Below, piece after piece: positions 62,405 to 64,000 of a DNA stretch of 64,000 nt (its first letter is position 1; every line of letters begins with the position of its first letter). Location: positions 197,904,001 through 197,968,000 of the forward strand of contig OZ024742.1 of the NCBI GenBank assembly GCA_964016885.1, in the 5' to 3' direction. Under the pieces are notes generated by a model. That model was not told the DNA's origin, did not search any database, and saw only the letters and a program-made list of their open reading frames with translations. The translations under genes and the position numbers were made by a program. This DNA is from Eledone cirrhosa (lineage: Eukaryota).

Positions 62405-64000
62405 TCATGCAACCCCACATCACCAACACGAGCGAAGTTGCACAACTAACACACGATGGGAGAGAAAAAATCCTCAACGCTCACATGATGATGTGGACTG
62501 ACATCCTAAAGCCAAGCAGACGCACTGCCAACAACTTCCAGGCGTCTAACAATGGCATACCACCCTTGTATGGGCTCCGCAAAGACCACAAGACAGTCGA
62601 CGACCCGACAACGGAGCTAATATAGCTAGCAACTACAGGATCTCCTACTTCCTCTCAATGGTTATACGCCCCATAATCAAGATGTCCCCAGATGTATGTG
62701 AAAGTACAGAGGACCTCCTCAGCAGAATCAGTGAGTGCAACAAAAACAGGAGCCTATCCAACTGCATAATAGGCAGCATGGATGTGGTGTCACTGTACCC
62801 ATCCATCAACATTGATTTTGCTGTGAAAAGATGTGTGGAGATGATCATTGAGAGTGAGGTGGAGTTCTGCGACGTCGACACAGACGAACTGGGCCTCCTA
62901 CTTAGACTTACCTACGACACTGACTACCTACACAGCCATGACCTTAGATGTTTCTGCCCTAGTAGACCTATAAGAGGTAGACCCCCCACCATAACCTCAA
63001 TGGCTAAAAAGACTCCCATAGGAAGGTGGATTGGGTGGACCAAAGCTATACGGACCCCCAAAACACTGATCAGGTAAGAAAAATGGTCGCACATGCAATA
63101 GGGGCTAGTATCAAAACTACCCTAAAGGGCCACATATTTAAGTTCAATGAGAAAATCTACACCCAAAATGAAGGAGCAGCCATCGGCGTCAGCATAGCTG
63201 GTGATGTTGCCAACCTTTTCATGGTATGGTGGGAAAGGAGACTTAAAGATCTCCTCCTTAATGAAAGCTCCATAGACCTCATCATGTACTCTCGTTATGT
63301 AGACGATATCAATATAGTTATAAGAACACCCCCACTAGAGAGCACTAACAAGTTTGATTTAGAACGTAGCACGATGGAAAGCATCCAGCAGATAGCTAAT
63401 TCCATACACCAGAGTATAACTGTAACTATAGACTTCCCTTCCAAACACCCTAACAATAGACTACCTGTATTAGACACAGAACTCTGGATTAACACTATAG
63501 ACGAGAGAGCCCAAATTCTCCACTCACACTATGCTAAACCCATGGCCTCCAAATACCTGATACTCAAAAACTCAGCAATGTCCAGTAGTGCTAAGTTTAA
63601 TATTCTGATCGCAGATTTGGTACGAGTGATGAAGAATATGTCCAGCATGTGCGACCCAACAGAAATGGAAGGACACATCCAACACTTCATCAACGGCATG
63701 CAGTTCTCTGGCTACAACCAAAGAGACAGAGTCAGAGTATACGAAGGAGCCATGGAAAAGTATAAGACCCTCATAGAACTGGACATGAAAGGAATTTGCC
63801 CACTATACAGGAGCAAATCATGGAATAGCTTAGATAGGGCTAGACATAAGATAGGGAAGGCCACATCATGGTACGACAACCAGAGATATCAGAGTGTCAT
63901 GTTTGTGGACGCCACCCCTGGAGGGAAATTAGCTAACCAGTGTAGAAAGGCCCTGAGAAAGACCCACTTAAAAATAAAGGTGGTAGAAAAGCCAGGAACC
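62405..64000 (+). pseudogene. Third-lineage Penelope-like element RT, disrupted, running off the window
   Basis: PPLYGLRKDHK, SMDVVSLYPSI, GAAIGVSIAGDVANLFM, SRYVDDI, LPVLDTELW, HYAKPMAS; frameshifts and stops. Confidence 0.8.

Overview
AT-rich eukaryotic, repeat-dominated DNA. The SINE/RTE repertoire and very long (TA/CA)n arrays suggest a mollusc, probably a cephalopod such as Octopus; this is an inference. No host protein-coding exon could be supported, and the many YIYI/CVCV ORFs are microsatellite translations. 1-22 kb: old CpG-depleted SINEs, TTAA (piggyBac-type) and hAT MITEs, and decayed RTE/CR1-type LINE fragments. 22-34 kb: a nested palindrome about 10.5 kb across, centred at ~25,281. 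Its right arm carries a folded-back RTE LINE (APE + RT + PHD finger) and a Naiad-like Penelope element, and two small palindromes flank it. 39-53 kb: one very long TA/CA array split by a CR1/L2/Jockey-group LINE. 54-64 kb: three more Penelope-like elements (PLEs) and RTE 5' pieces. Main non-ORF signal: about nine hammerhead-ribozyme (HHR) folds from several unrelated sequence families, including U3-A8 core variants, plus a possible HDV-like fold. They lie in PLE-type terminal repeats and foldback structures, alongside several template-switch mosaics. All folds were paired by eye.
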